DNA from: a virus
Direction: 5' to 3' (one strand)
Virus record (IMG/VR): IMGVR_UViG_3300028800_000062
Coordinates: 82,743-146,742 of that record
DNA: 64,000 nt
Each line of letters opens with the position of its first letter. Position 1 is the first letter of the stretch. The position numbers were made by a program, and so were the translations under genes. The notes beneath the pieces were generated by a model. It was not told the DNA's origin. It made no database searches and saw only the letters and a list, made by a program, of their open reading frames with translations. Shown here in pieces: positions 29,906 through 37,894 of this stretch.

Positions 29906-30610
29906 CTAAGACGGCTTCTCGTCCTTTGCTAGTATAGCGGCGGGCTCTATCAGGAGCTGGCGGTAGGGAAAATAATCGATGTTGGGCAAGCCGTTTGTGG
30001 TGAGCGACATAACGGCATTGAAGTTCTCCGTGAAGCGGTTGGCGTGCGCGCCAGTGCCGCGGGGATACTGGCGCAGACGCCAACGATTCCCGGGAAGGGC
30101 CTCCTGGTACAAGCCTCCGGCGTTGTAAGCACAGGCGGCATAAACCGGGTCAAACCCGGTAATAGGTTTTAATTGCAATAGATAGGAGGCACAAGCCTCC
30201 AGGGAATTGGTGGGATTGATCAGCCAGGCGCGGTCGATCTTCGGGTTGTGCATGACGGAACGCGCGGTGCTGATCAGGAGCTGGCAAAAGCCGGCGCTGA
30301 TCCGGCTGGGAGTCTCCTCATCGGAAATATAGCCCGGCTCTTCGCGAATGGAGGTTTCCGGATGAATAGGGGCGCCCTCGGTCAACGCGCAGGCCGCCAA
30401 CAGTTCGAATGGAACGCGCTTGTCATTGGAGACTTTCCCAAACAAGGGAGCATAGAGATCCGTGTAATGCTTGGCGCGCTGTTGCACGGCGGCGCCGGGC
30501 AGTACCAAACCCAAACCTTCAATCTCTAACCCCTGCATTCCCACTCTCCAGCGCACACCGCCGGGAAACTTCGCATGGAATTCATTCAAGTTGACGTCAG
30601 GCATGTTCAC
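29906..30610 (-). CDS. Lytic transglycosylase (SLT) endolysin
   Basis: LLAACALTEG catalytic Glu, SAGFCQL, AYNAG. Confidence 0.85.
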   Translation of the reverse strand: MNMPDVNLNEFHAKFPGGVRWRVGMQGLEIEGLGLVLPGAAVQQRAKHYTDLYAPLFGKVSNDKRVPFELLAACALTEGAPIHPETSIREEPGYISDEETPSRISAGFCQLLISTARSVMHNPKIDRAWLINPTNSLEACASYLLQLKPITGFDPVYAACAYNAGGLYQEALPGNRWRLRQYPRGTGAHANRFTENFNAVMSLTTNGLPNIDYFPYRQLLIEPAAILAKDEKPS

Positions 30611-31700
30611 ACTCCACTACGGCTTGCTGCAACAAGCGCAAGATCTTGCTGTAAGACGATCGGACGGTTTGTACTGGAATCAGCAGGGCATCCGCCACCT
30701 TTTCCCAAGTGAACTCCCGGACGAACACCAGATAAAGCAGATACCGGTCAATTTGAGATAAGTCCCGAAACAGAGGGTCTTCCGTGTGCTTGACCCAGTC
30801 CAGATTGATCTCGCCTAGGTCCAACGGATGCAGATGGTTAATTACATTCACTGCCCACCATTTCCCAGAGCGTTCCACAAACGCACCAGTGGAATTAAGA
30901 ACAGCGCCGTCATCCCGGCCATCTGATTTCTCGCGGCCGAAGTCGAGGGAATAGATTCCTTCCTTGGTTTCGATCTCCGATCGGCCATGTTCGATGTACT
31001 GCTGGAGATAATACCGGAACCACGTCTGTAGGTAATATGTAAATCCGATGGGTCCGGCATGCAGGTACTTGGCTGGGGGCGGCCAGGCAGCAGCCTTCCG
31101 CCGATATCGGCGCGGGCAGCCGACTTCCGGTGCCGGCTCCAGAAACCCATGGCGGCAGAGGATGCGCACAAAGCGAGTCCCGTCAAAGTCCAGGTGCTGG
31201 TTGAGTTCATCAATAGAAAAGTCATCTCCACAGGGTTTCTTCTTCTTCAGAATGGCCACCACTTCCGCCACCTTGTCGGAATAGAGTGGATCGTACTTCT
31301 TGGCGGCCTTGAGCAGTTGTTCCATCAATACGTCGTAGATCTCATCCGATCCGAACCCTTTGAAAACCAGATGGAATGTGCGACATACCTGTAAGGTAGT
31401 AGCCTTGCTCATCTTCGTACCCTTGGGCACGAAATACTGGATGAACTGCTTGGTGTCAGCGTTAACCACCTTGGACATCCCGTCGAAACTGACGGGCATA
31501 TGACCGCGGCAGATCATCAACAGGTACTTCATCAGATACCCGTGGAAAGCCTGGACTATCTCGAGAAACTTGGCCCGTTTCTCTGCACCTTCTTCGAGCA
31601 GCGCATACTCGCTGCCCAGCCGGTTGGTCTCATCCAACGATAAGACCTTGCTTTCCCAGCCGGACGCATAATGGGACGCCGGCAATAAGACGGACTTCAT
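30597..31700 (-). CDS. Sigma-70-family phage sigma factor with insertions
   Basis: DEIYDVLMEQLLKAAKKYDP (2.2), GFTYYLQTWFRYYLQQYI (2.3/2.4), TWEKVADALLIPVQTVRS (region 4 HTH). Confidence 0.7.
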   Translation of the reverse strand: MKSVLLPASHYASGWESKVLSLDETNRLGSEYALLEEGAEKRAKFLEIVQAFHGYLMKYLLMICRGHMPVSFDGMSKVVNADTKQFIQYFVPKGTKMSKATTLQVCRTFHLVFKGFGSDEIYDVLMEQLLKAAKKYDPLYSDKVAEVVAILKKKKPCGDDFSIDELNQHLDFDGTRFVRILCRHGFLEPAPEVGCPRRYRRKAAAWPPPAKYLHAGPIGFTYYLQTWFRYYLQQYIEHGRSEIETKEGIYSLDFGREKSDGRDDGAVLNSTGAFVERSGKWWAVNVINHLHPLDLGEINLDWVKHTEDPLFRDLSQIDRYLLYLVFVREFTWEKVADALLIPVQTVRSSYSKILRLLQQAVVECEHA

Positions 31701-31752
31701 ATCGGACCCCTTCTCTCCAGGAGGAGGGTTGTACGGCTGTCTATGCAGCCTG

Positions 31753-32412
31753 TTAAATGAAACTATCTAGCGAGTTGGTATCTTCGCTCTCTGCTGTCTT
31801 CAGGATCTCGTCCAGCCGATTGAGATCCTGGGTACTGCTGGTCTTGATCTTCTTGGGGCGAGGGGTGACCACTTTAGCCGGCAGAAGGCCCAGGCATTTG
31901 CGCCGGGTGTACTCACCGATCAAACAGGCCTCCGCACGGCCGTCATGCTTCACCAGAGTCAGGTAAGACACGGCGCCCTTGATGATTTGCTGGGCTTTCA
32001 GAATGGAGTCGGCTTTATCGCTCCCCGAGAGTCCGAATACCTTCTTCCAGACCTGCGGAGTAATATAGTCCAGGGTCAAGCCTAGGGCACCGATAATGCC
32101 CTCCCAGGTCCCTACGCCACGGCCCATCGAGAACATGCTGGTGACACCCTGTTCCGGCCGCGCTGAAACCTGTTCGAGCCCAATCATCTGTACATTTCCC
32201 TGGTCCTGCGCCAAACGCAACAGCTGGACCATAGACCCGACCATATAGTGCTTCTTGTGCATGGCGCCGCCGCTCTTGCTCTTCTTGCCCTTCTGAACCA
32301 CACTGATCACCGGGGTATCGGAAACCGATACCAGCGTTCCGGACGCATCCAGCACAGCTAGCGCGCCGCTCAGCCCGGGATCAATGCCAATGTAAAAGTC
32401 GTTGTTCATCAT
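31753..32412 (-). CDS. ruvC: RuvC-like Holliday junction resolvase
   Basis: IGIDPGLSGA, LEQV, ITPQVWKK, HDGRAEACLI. Confidence 0.85.
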   Translation of the reverse strand: MMNNDFYIGIDPGLSGALAVLDASGTLVSVSDTPVISVVQKGKKSKSGGAMHKKHYMVGSMVQLLRLAQDQGNVQMIGLEQVSARPEQGVTSMFSMGRGVGTWEGIIGALGLTLDYITPQVWKKVFGLSGSDKADSILKAQQIIKGAVSYLTLVKHDGRAEACLIGEYTRRKCLGLLPAKVVTPRPKKIKTSSTQDLNRLDEILKTAESEDTNSLDSFI

Positions 32413-32427
32413 CGCCTGCCTGTTTAG

Positions 32428-32456
32428 AATATAACATACTGTTAGTTAGACCACAA
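32428..32456 (-). promoter_or_regulatory. Promoter TTGTGG-17-TATATT with operator CTAACTAACAGTATGTT (32433-32449) in the spacer
   Basis: Extended -10 TG; motif copy 2; points into ruvC-sigma-lysis-structural genes. Confidence 0.6.
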
Positions 32457-32500
32457 GGGAAAAAGAGTAGGGAAATGTCTGAAATAGGGGAAAAAAGGCC

Positions 32501-32529
32501 TTGACAGCCGGCAGCAGAAGATTTAGAAT
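32501..32529 (+). promoter_or_regulatory. Near-consensus sigma70 promoter TTGACA-17-TAGAAT
   Basis: Direct reading; A-rich UP-like tract upstream; no ORF downstream. Confidence 0.75.
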
Positions 32530-32534
32530 CGAAC

Positions 32535-32626
32535 CAGGTCCGGACCTTCCTCGAGAAGGCACAAGCTGGATTTAGAACTTCTAAACTCGGGGGCCGGCGG
32601 CTCGTACAGAGTCTCCGGCTCTTCCC
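32535..32626 (+). ncRNA. Candidate ~90-nt antisense sRNA
   Basis: Strong promoter, hairpin CCTT..AAGG, palindrome TTTAGAA-C-TTCTAAA and terminal GC stem. Confidence 0.45.
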
Positions 32627-32629
32627 GTA

Positions 32630-32998
32630 TCAGTAACCGCGACGGACAATCTCTTCCGCCTCTTCCATGGAAATCGTCTTCTTGTCTACGGCGCCATTGA
32701 ACCGCCGCAGATCCTGGCCCCCTTCTGGAAAACGAATCAGGTAGAGATCCCCATGGACATCCTCCACTACCATCGTTATACGGTTGGGGGACACACCCCA
32801 GCGCTCGCAGATATGGACCGCCAGGCTATCCACGCTGGCCAAGGCTCCCAAGCCGACATCCCAGTCGGTATCTGTGATCCAAGCCGTGGTCCAGAATGAA
32901 CCGATAAACAATCGAACGCGCGCCTTTGAAGGCCGGTCGTTCTGCGTCATATAGACCAAAGGACGGTCCATATTCGGCTTGGGTAATGCAACAGTCAA
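32630..32998 (-). CDS. Hypothetical protein
   Basis: ORF with GGAGG SD. Confidence 0.6.
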   Translation of the reverse strand: MTVALPKPNMDRPLVYMTQNDRPSKARVRLFIGSFWTTAWITDTDWDVGLGALASVDSLAVHICERWGVSPNRITMVVEDVHGDLYLIRFPEGGQDLRRFNGAVDKKTISMEEAEEIVRRGY

Positions 32999-33001
32999 AC
33001 T

Positions 33002-33394
33002 TTAACCTCCTGCTTGCGATTCCAGGCGTACGGGCCGGTAGCCCTTGGCGGTCTTCGACAACCGTCCCTTCTTCGTCAGCTCATAGATAGCGGAATAGAT
33101 CCGGCTCGATTTGGTATCTGCATTCAGGTATTGTGCGTCTCGCAGCAATTGAATAATTGCACCCGTAGGTAACGCACGGCGCGATGTTTTCAGGACTTCA
33201 TAAACCGCGTCGGTAGTGGGTAAGCCATGCAATGCAACCTGGTCTAAATGCTCTCCCAAACGAGGTGTGGGCTCCGATGCAGCTTTGGCCGGCTTATGAT
33301 TGAGTACGGAACTCAAGGTGTCCCGTGCGGATTCCAAATTGTGTAGTTCCTGCCGGCGTTGTTCAATGAGTGTGTCCAGTTCAGACAAATCCAT
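33002..33394 (-). CDS. Winged-helix DNA-binding protein with N-terminal coiled coil
   Basis: AVYEVLK...LPTGAIIQLL...IYSAIYELTKKGRL. Confidence 0.6.
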   Translation of the reverse strand: MDLSELDTLIEQRRQELHNLESARDTLSSVLNHKPAKAASEPTPRLGEHLDQVALHGLPTTDAVYEVLKTSRRALPTGAIIQLLRDAQYLNADTKSSRIYSAIYELTKKGRLSKTAKGYRPVRLESQAGG

Positions 33395-33398
33395 GTGG

Positions 33399-33857
33399 CT
33401 ACCTCGGTAAAAAGATGCGGATGTCTACATCCGTCAGACTGCCTAATTCTTTGTCGAGAATAGAACGAACTTCGGCAAATTGCAAGCCTCCCAGGCCACA
33501 ACCGAGAGCCGGCACGGCAATCGAAGCGATCCCGATCGACCGTATCGCGCGACGGATTTCCGCAATTCCCTGCCCCACCCATTCGATCCGCGAAGGCTGC
33601 TTCCAGTGGTCCTTGGTGGCCACATTGAACACCCATTCGGGAAAGACTCCGTCCGGATTGACCTTGACTGGCTGTAGGTTGCCTGGTTGCAGCTGCCCCT
33701 GCGCGCAGAAGCGTTTGTACTCCGCAAACATGCGCGGCCAGTGCATGCGAAACTGCAACGCCAGGCCGGCGCCCATCACACCTTGTGTGTTGACGGCATT
33801 GACCAGCGCCTGGCAGCCGCTGGTGAGTATATTACCAGATGTCAAATAACTCAGCAT
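33399..33857 (-). CDS. Macrodomain ADP-ribosylhydrolase (DarG-N/TARG1-like)
   Basis: LVNAVNTQGVMGAGLALQF, ATKDHW, PALGCGLGGL. Confidence 0.9.
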   Translation of the reverse strand: MLSYLTSGNILTSGCQALVNAVNTQGVMGAGLALQFRMHWPRMFAEYKRFCAQGQLQPGNLQPVKVNPDGVFPEWVFNVATKDHWKQPSRIEWVGQGIAEIRRAIRSIGIASIAVPALGCGLGGLQFAEVRSILDKELGSLTDVDIRIFLPR

Positions 33858-33867
33858 GTTTCCTCCT

Positions 33868-34104
33868 TTACCATTTCGATAGCAGAGTCAACCGCTCATA
33901 ACTGTCCCGGCGGTCGCGTTGCTGGGATGTGGCCACGCCGGCATTGCAATCGACTTCGCAGGCATTGTAGTCATCCCATTCCGCAGCATTCAGCATGGAC
34001 TTCAATTTGTCGCGAAACTCAGTGTGCCGGATCCACGACCGCGCGCCCTGCACCAAAGGAGAACCGGATTGGGGCAGAGGGTTTGATTTGTCGTTTGTAT
34101 TCAT
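33868..34104 (-). CDS. Hypothetical protein
   Basis: Coupled to the rep stop. Confidence 0.55.
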   Translation of the reverse strand: MNTNDKSNPLPQSGSPLVQGARSWIRHTEFRDKLKSMLNAAEWDDYNACEVDCNAGVATSQQRDRRDSYERLTLLSKW

Positions 34105-34982
34105 GGAAATCCTTTCATTTTGCGTTGTTTCATCATAGCCTCAACAATCGGCCGTAATCCAGGGGCGCCGACGCGTTCGCATTCACAGAGACCGCAGACC
34201 GTTTCTCCGGAAGGCAACTGCTTCCAGGACCGGGTCTGACATCTGGGACAAAACGCGACGCTTGCGTCGCTGCTTACGGTTCTTAAAGGTTTAAGACTGT
34301 ATGTCCTGCTGGCAGGACTACCTAGTCTCGCTGGCAGGACTTCTTGTGGAAAAGAAGTCTCGCTGGCAGGACTACTAGTCTCGCCCGCAGGACTACTTTG
34401 GGGAAATTCCAAAGAAGTCCCGGCAGCAGGACTACTTTCCAAGGAAGTCGTGTCAGGCTCCGATACGGAAGTGACTGAGGATGCAGTGCTTGCGTGAAAA
34501 GAAGTCTCGCTGGCAGGACTTCTTCGCACCGTTTGTGGATCGCCGGACCGGCGGCCCATCAGAATTACCGGATCGCCACTGTACAGCACATCCAGATTCA
34601 CGCAGTATTCATGCACGGCGCCCTTGTGGTAACCATCCTTGCGAATCAATCCGCAAGCCAGAATGGGAGCCAGGTGGACATGCACATTCGAGCGGGTCAC
34701 GCCCATCCCTGCCCGGCCGGCAATGCCGTTGGCAAACTGGTCGACCGAGATAGGATCCGTTGATTTGCCGAAACCGAGAGTCTGGCGCAGGATAAACTCC
34801 ACCGCGCGGTACTCCGGAGGCTTCAGTACACCAGCCCAGTGATCCTGCAGCGCGAGCATGGCTTTGGCAAACTTCACCAGGTGCGCCTGGTCCCGCAATC
34901 TCTGGAGTTCGTCCCAAGGGAATACAGAAGTACTTGACTTCCCTTCCGCAGGCTGTGCTACACTTCTGCTGATACGGTTCAT
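34101..34982 (-). CDS. Replication initiator (lambda O-like wHTH) with internal origin
   Basis: FILRQTLGFGKSTDPISVDQF wHTH; SPASET peptide repeats encoded by iterons; C-terminal CxxC..CxxC. Confidence 0.8.
   Translation of the reverse strand: MNRISRSVAQPAEGKSSTSVFPWDELQRLRDQAHLVKFAKAMLALQDHWAGVLKPPEYRAVEFILRQTLGFGKSTDPISVDQFANGIAGRAGMGVTRSNVHVHLAPILACGLIRKDGYHKGAVHEYCVNLDVLYSGDPVILMGRRSGDPQTVRRSPASETSFHASTASSVTSVSEPDTTSLESSPAAGTSLEFPQSSPAGETSSPASETSFPQEVLPARLGSPASRTYSLKPLRTVSSDASVAFCPRCQTRSWKQLPSGETVCGLCECERVGAPGLRPIVEAMMKQRKMKGFP
34302..34520. repeat. Iterons: six copies of AGTCTCGCTGGCAGGACT (replication origin)
   Basis: Copies at 34302, 34324, 34356, 34377, 34416 and 34503, three of them exact; AT-rich tract at about 34280-34295. 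Confidence 0.85.
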
Positions 34983-35016
34983 AGGCCGTTCACTACTCGT
35001 CGGAATTTAGAATCCT

Positions 35017-35047
35017 AAAGAGGTCCTGCTCGCTACAGGGCCTCTTT
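35017..35047. terminator. Terminator-like hairpin in the rep leader
   Basis: AAAGAGGTCCTG-7nt-CAGGGCCTCTTT. Confidence 0.6.
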
Positions 35048-35141
35048 GCATTTCCGATTACGATATCAGTAAACTCCTACCATAACAAGAGCGTGGCGCA
35101 TTTTGGATGCAGTTCGTCAGCTTGCAACCTTGTCAGCTTGG

Positions 35142-35246
35142 CATGCAGGCAGGCAGGCATTTGCACATGCAGCCAGCCATGCAGCTTGGCATGCAAGTGT
35201 TCATGCAGTCATACATGCAGCCAGTCATGCAGATGCACATACAGCC
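35142..35246 (+). repeat. Centromere-like array: nine CATGCA units at an exact 12-bp period
   Basis: Units at 35142, 35154, 35166, 35178, 35190, 35202, 35214, 35226 and 35238 (two variants). Confidence 0.85.
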
Positions 35247-35264
35247 ACCAAACTGTCTGACCAG

Positions 35265-35293
35265 TTGACAAGCCACGCAGCTGCCTGTATAGT
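35265..35293 (+). promoter_or_regulatory. parA promoter TTGACA-17-TATAGT
   Basis: 8 nt upstream of the ATG (leaderless-like). Confidence 0.8.
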
Positions 35294-35301
35294 TGGCAAA
35301 C

Positions 35302-36021
35302 ATGTCAACAGTCATTGCAGTTGCCAACCAGAAAGGCGGTTGCGGCAAGACCACGGTCACCCTGAATCTGGCCGCCGGCCTGGCCGAGGCAGGGAAGCAA
35401 GTCCTTGTAATTGATGCAGATCCGCAGGGAACCGCACAATACTGGCGGAGCCTGCGGCAGGACAACAACCCACCCTTCCAACTCATCACGCTGGCCTCGG
35501 CCGTCATCCATGAGGAGATCCGGGGACTCCTCGAGCACTCCGAGTACGATATCTTCCTGATCGACTGTCCGCCCGGCGGCAACCTGAAAGGGCAGGGAAC
35601 TGCCCAGATCACCCGCGCCGCGCTCCTGGTGGCGAACATGGTCATCATCCCGGTGGTGCCGAGCGGCCCCGATTACTGGGCAGCGCAGGATATGCTCCTG
35701 CTTATTGAAAGCGCCCAGCTCATCAATCCGCAGTTGATCCCCATGGTGCTGATCAACCGCAAGAATCCCACCACCCGGACGGGCAGGGAAGCCCGCGTGG
35801 CGGCCGAACATTTCCACCTCTCCGTCTTCGAGACCGAAATCATCCAGCGTACGGCCATTATCGACAGCATGCTGGACGGCCGGACCGTGCTCGAATATCA
35901 CCGCGGCAATCAATCGATCGCCGAGTTTCAACTCTTAACCAAGGAGGTCCTGGACATCAATGAGCGAACCCAAACCAAGTCTGTTGAACAGCATGCGACG
36001 TCCACCGTCATCGGAGGTTGA
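35302..36021 (+). CDS. parA: ParA (type Ib) partition ATPase
   Basis: NQKGGCGKTT deviant Walker A, IDADPQG, IDCPP. Confidence 0.95.
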   Translation: MSTVIAVANQKGGCGKTTVTLNLAAGLAEAGKQVLVIDADPQGTAQYWRSLRQDNNPPFQLITLASAVIHEEIRGLLEHSEYDIFLIDCPPGGNLKGQGTAQITRAALLVANMVIIPVVPSGPDYWAAQDMLLLIESAQLINPQLIPMVLINRKNPTTRTGREARVAAEHFHLSVFETEIIQRTAIIDSMLDGRTVLEYHRGNQSIAEFQLLTKEVLDINERTQTKSVEQHATSTVIGG

Positions 36022-36274
36022 ACGCGCCTTTGTGGAGGGCGGGGAAGTCCAACCCAAACCGATCCGGAGTCCCATCGAGAACCTGGATATCGCCAGGCTG
36101 CAGCGCCCGAAACGGGTTCTGCGGGTGCATGCAACCTTCAATCTTCCCGATCGGATCCAGACCCGGTTGAAGAAGATCTCAAACCGGACCGATATCGACA
36201 TGGTCGACATCGTGGCCGCCGCGCTCGACAAATACCTGGATACGCTGGCCGCGCACTTCAATATAGAGGACTGA
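35960..36274 (+). CDS. Ribbon-helix-helix centromere-binding protein (ParG-like)
   Basis: Flexible N-terminus, C-terminal ATFNLPDRIQTRLKKIS...DIVAAALDKYL. Confidence 0.8.
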   Translation: MSEPKPSLLNSMRRPPSSEVERAFVEGGEVQPKPIRSPIENLDIARLQRPKRVLRVHATFNLPDRIQTRLKKISNRTDIDMVDIVAAALDKYLDTLAAHFNIED

Positions 36275-36325
36275 ATTTGTAAACCTTAGGTAGGCAAATC
36301 CGGGGAAAGTTAAACCACAGCCAAG

Positions 36326-36368
36326 CTGCATATGCAGCTGCATGATAGGCTGCACGTGCAACTGCATG
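36326..36368 (-). repeat. Second, inverted centromere-like array (four units, 12-bp period)
   Basis: CTGCA(T/C) at 36326, 36338, 36350 and 36362. Confidence 0.75.
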
Positions 36369-36801
36369 TGTAATCGTAGGCAACGGTGTTTCGCCGCTGA
36401 TCCTGGAAACAGCCGGAAGTGGCAGCGCTTCGACAATCGTCGGCAACCAATCAACTGATTCTACTGCACTTGGATAGCGCATGGTAGATGCCGGAGAACG
36501 GCAGCGATTATGCGCACCTGCGCAATACGGCCTCCCAATGCACGATAAGGGTACATATCGTGCATTCGCTCCAAATGGGGGTATTATCGCTAGCTCAAAC
36601 TCGATCGCATCCAAGCAGACCCCTATTTGCGGCATCCTTATCACCTGATATCTTCAAGAAGAACTCGCCAATAGACGACCTATTCAAGGCGCGAAGCGAG
36701 TTTGCACTTGAGAATCGGAGGAATACCCTTATGATGCACGACCCTATCATCATCATCATTGATGGGCTGTTGAAGTGGATAGCATTCCTGCTGGCGACCC
36801 A

Positions 36802-36833
36802 CTGCACTGCGCCTTTCTTTCTCCTACACTGAA
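36802..36833 (+). repeat. Duplicate of the HNH gene promoter (CTGCAC-17-TACACT)
   Basis: CGCCTTTCTTTCTCCTACACTGAA also at about 37484-37507. Confidence 0.75.
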
Positions 36834-36973
36834 ACACGCCAACTGGCGCCGCTCCTGGAATGTGCTATCTTCAAGGGAACCCGCCGAAAGACGTCCTTCG
36901 AGGCGCAGGGCGAGTTGCAGTATAATGAAGGAAGGCCTGCAGGCCAGTCGAAACCGACCTGCAGGATCGAAGA

Positions 36974-37069
36974 CTACTTGGAACGGCGTTTGATCCGTTT
37001 TACACGGATCTTGACCGTGATCGCCACTGTAATGACGATCGTAGCGGTGATACCGAGGATAGACATCAT
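36974..37069 (-). CDS. Putative type I toxin peptide (31 aa)
   Basis: MMSILGITATIVITVAITVKIRVKRIKRRSK; GGAGGTG SD 7 nt upstream; hairpin in leader. Confidence 0.7.
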   Translation of the reverse strand: MMSILGITATIVITVAITVKIRVKRIKRRSK

Positions 37070-37202
37070 CCCTGGCCACCTCCTCTCCGTCCACACAGCC
37101 GGGCCTGGTTTACAGGACCAGACCCGGTCCGTTCTGGACGCCGAAACGTCCCGGTAGCCGTGCAACGGAAACCCGATCATACCACCAGAAGGTCAGGCGA
37201 CC

Positions 37203-37361
37203 TTACACTCGGTTCACCAGCAGGATGACCCACACTCCCATCGACAAGAGCGTAAGGGCCAGGAAGAACATGGCAATCGCACGAATGGACTTCAGCGATT
37301 GATCGATAGAGACCAGACGGTCCTGGACTATGACTATCGGAAGATGTTTGATTGATCCCAT
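37203..37361 (-). CDS. 52-aa single-TM membrane protein (not in ORF track)
   Basis: MGSIKHLP...IAMFFLALTLLSMGVWVILLVNRV; AAGGAG SD. Confidence 0.55.
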   Translation of the reverse strand: MGSIKHLPIVIVQDRLVSIDQSLKSIRAIAMFFLALTLLSMGVWVILLVNRV

Positions 37362-37510
37362 CCATAGGATTCTCCTTTATTTCGCTGGCAATTCCAGATT
37401 GTGCTATATCACCAGGTGAACTCAGCTTTGCCAATGCCACCCGTCTATGTTCATTTCCTGCCCTCGTGAATGTCATTGCACTTCGCCTTTCTTTCTCCTA
37501 CACTGAATCC

Positions 37511-37849
37511 ATGCCCATACGGGCTGAATACCGACATTACTACAACTCCGGCTGGCGCCGCTTCCGCCTGGAACGCCTGGCAGCCGCTGGCTACCGCTGC
37601 GCGCACTGCTATCGCTGGAATTCCCGGCTGAACCTGGCGCATCTGACCCATGATCCCACCAGCCGCGCGGCGCTGGCAGTGCTGTGCCCCAGCTGCCACG
37701 CCAAGAACGATACGGCCCAGCGCCTGGCGATGACCCGGCGGACCTGGGCGGAGCGCCGTGGTCAACTATGGCTGAGCGAGGAGCTGCGCTGGGCGCCCTA
37801 TCCAGCCTGGACTTGGCCGGGCGGCTTGCAGCAGTTAGTATTGTTCTGA
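37511..37849 (+). CDS. HNH endonuclease (leaderless)
   Basis: CAHC...LAHLTHDP...LCPSCHAKND; TTGCAC-17-TACACT 6 nt before the ATG. Confidence 0.8.
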   Translation: MPIRAEYRHYYNSGWRRFRLERLAAAGYRCAHCYRWNSRLNLAHLTHDPTSRAALAVLCPSCHAKNDTAQRLAMTRRTWAERRGQLWLSEELRWAPYPAWTWPGGLQQLVLF

Positions 37850-37894
37850 TATCACAAGATTCCCAAAACCGGTGCCAGCGGGTTACAATGGGAA

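Noticed and set aside
34302-34520. Iteron cluster as a CRISPR array
   Set aside because: Gaps of 3-69 bp are irregular, the cluster lies within the rep ORF, and no cas operon is present
35103-35414. His/Ala-repeat ORF (and its antisense Cys/Met ORF)
   Set aside because: By-product of the 12-bp DNA array
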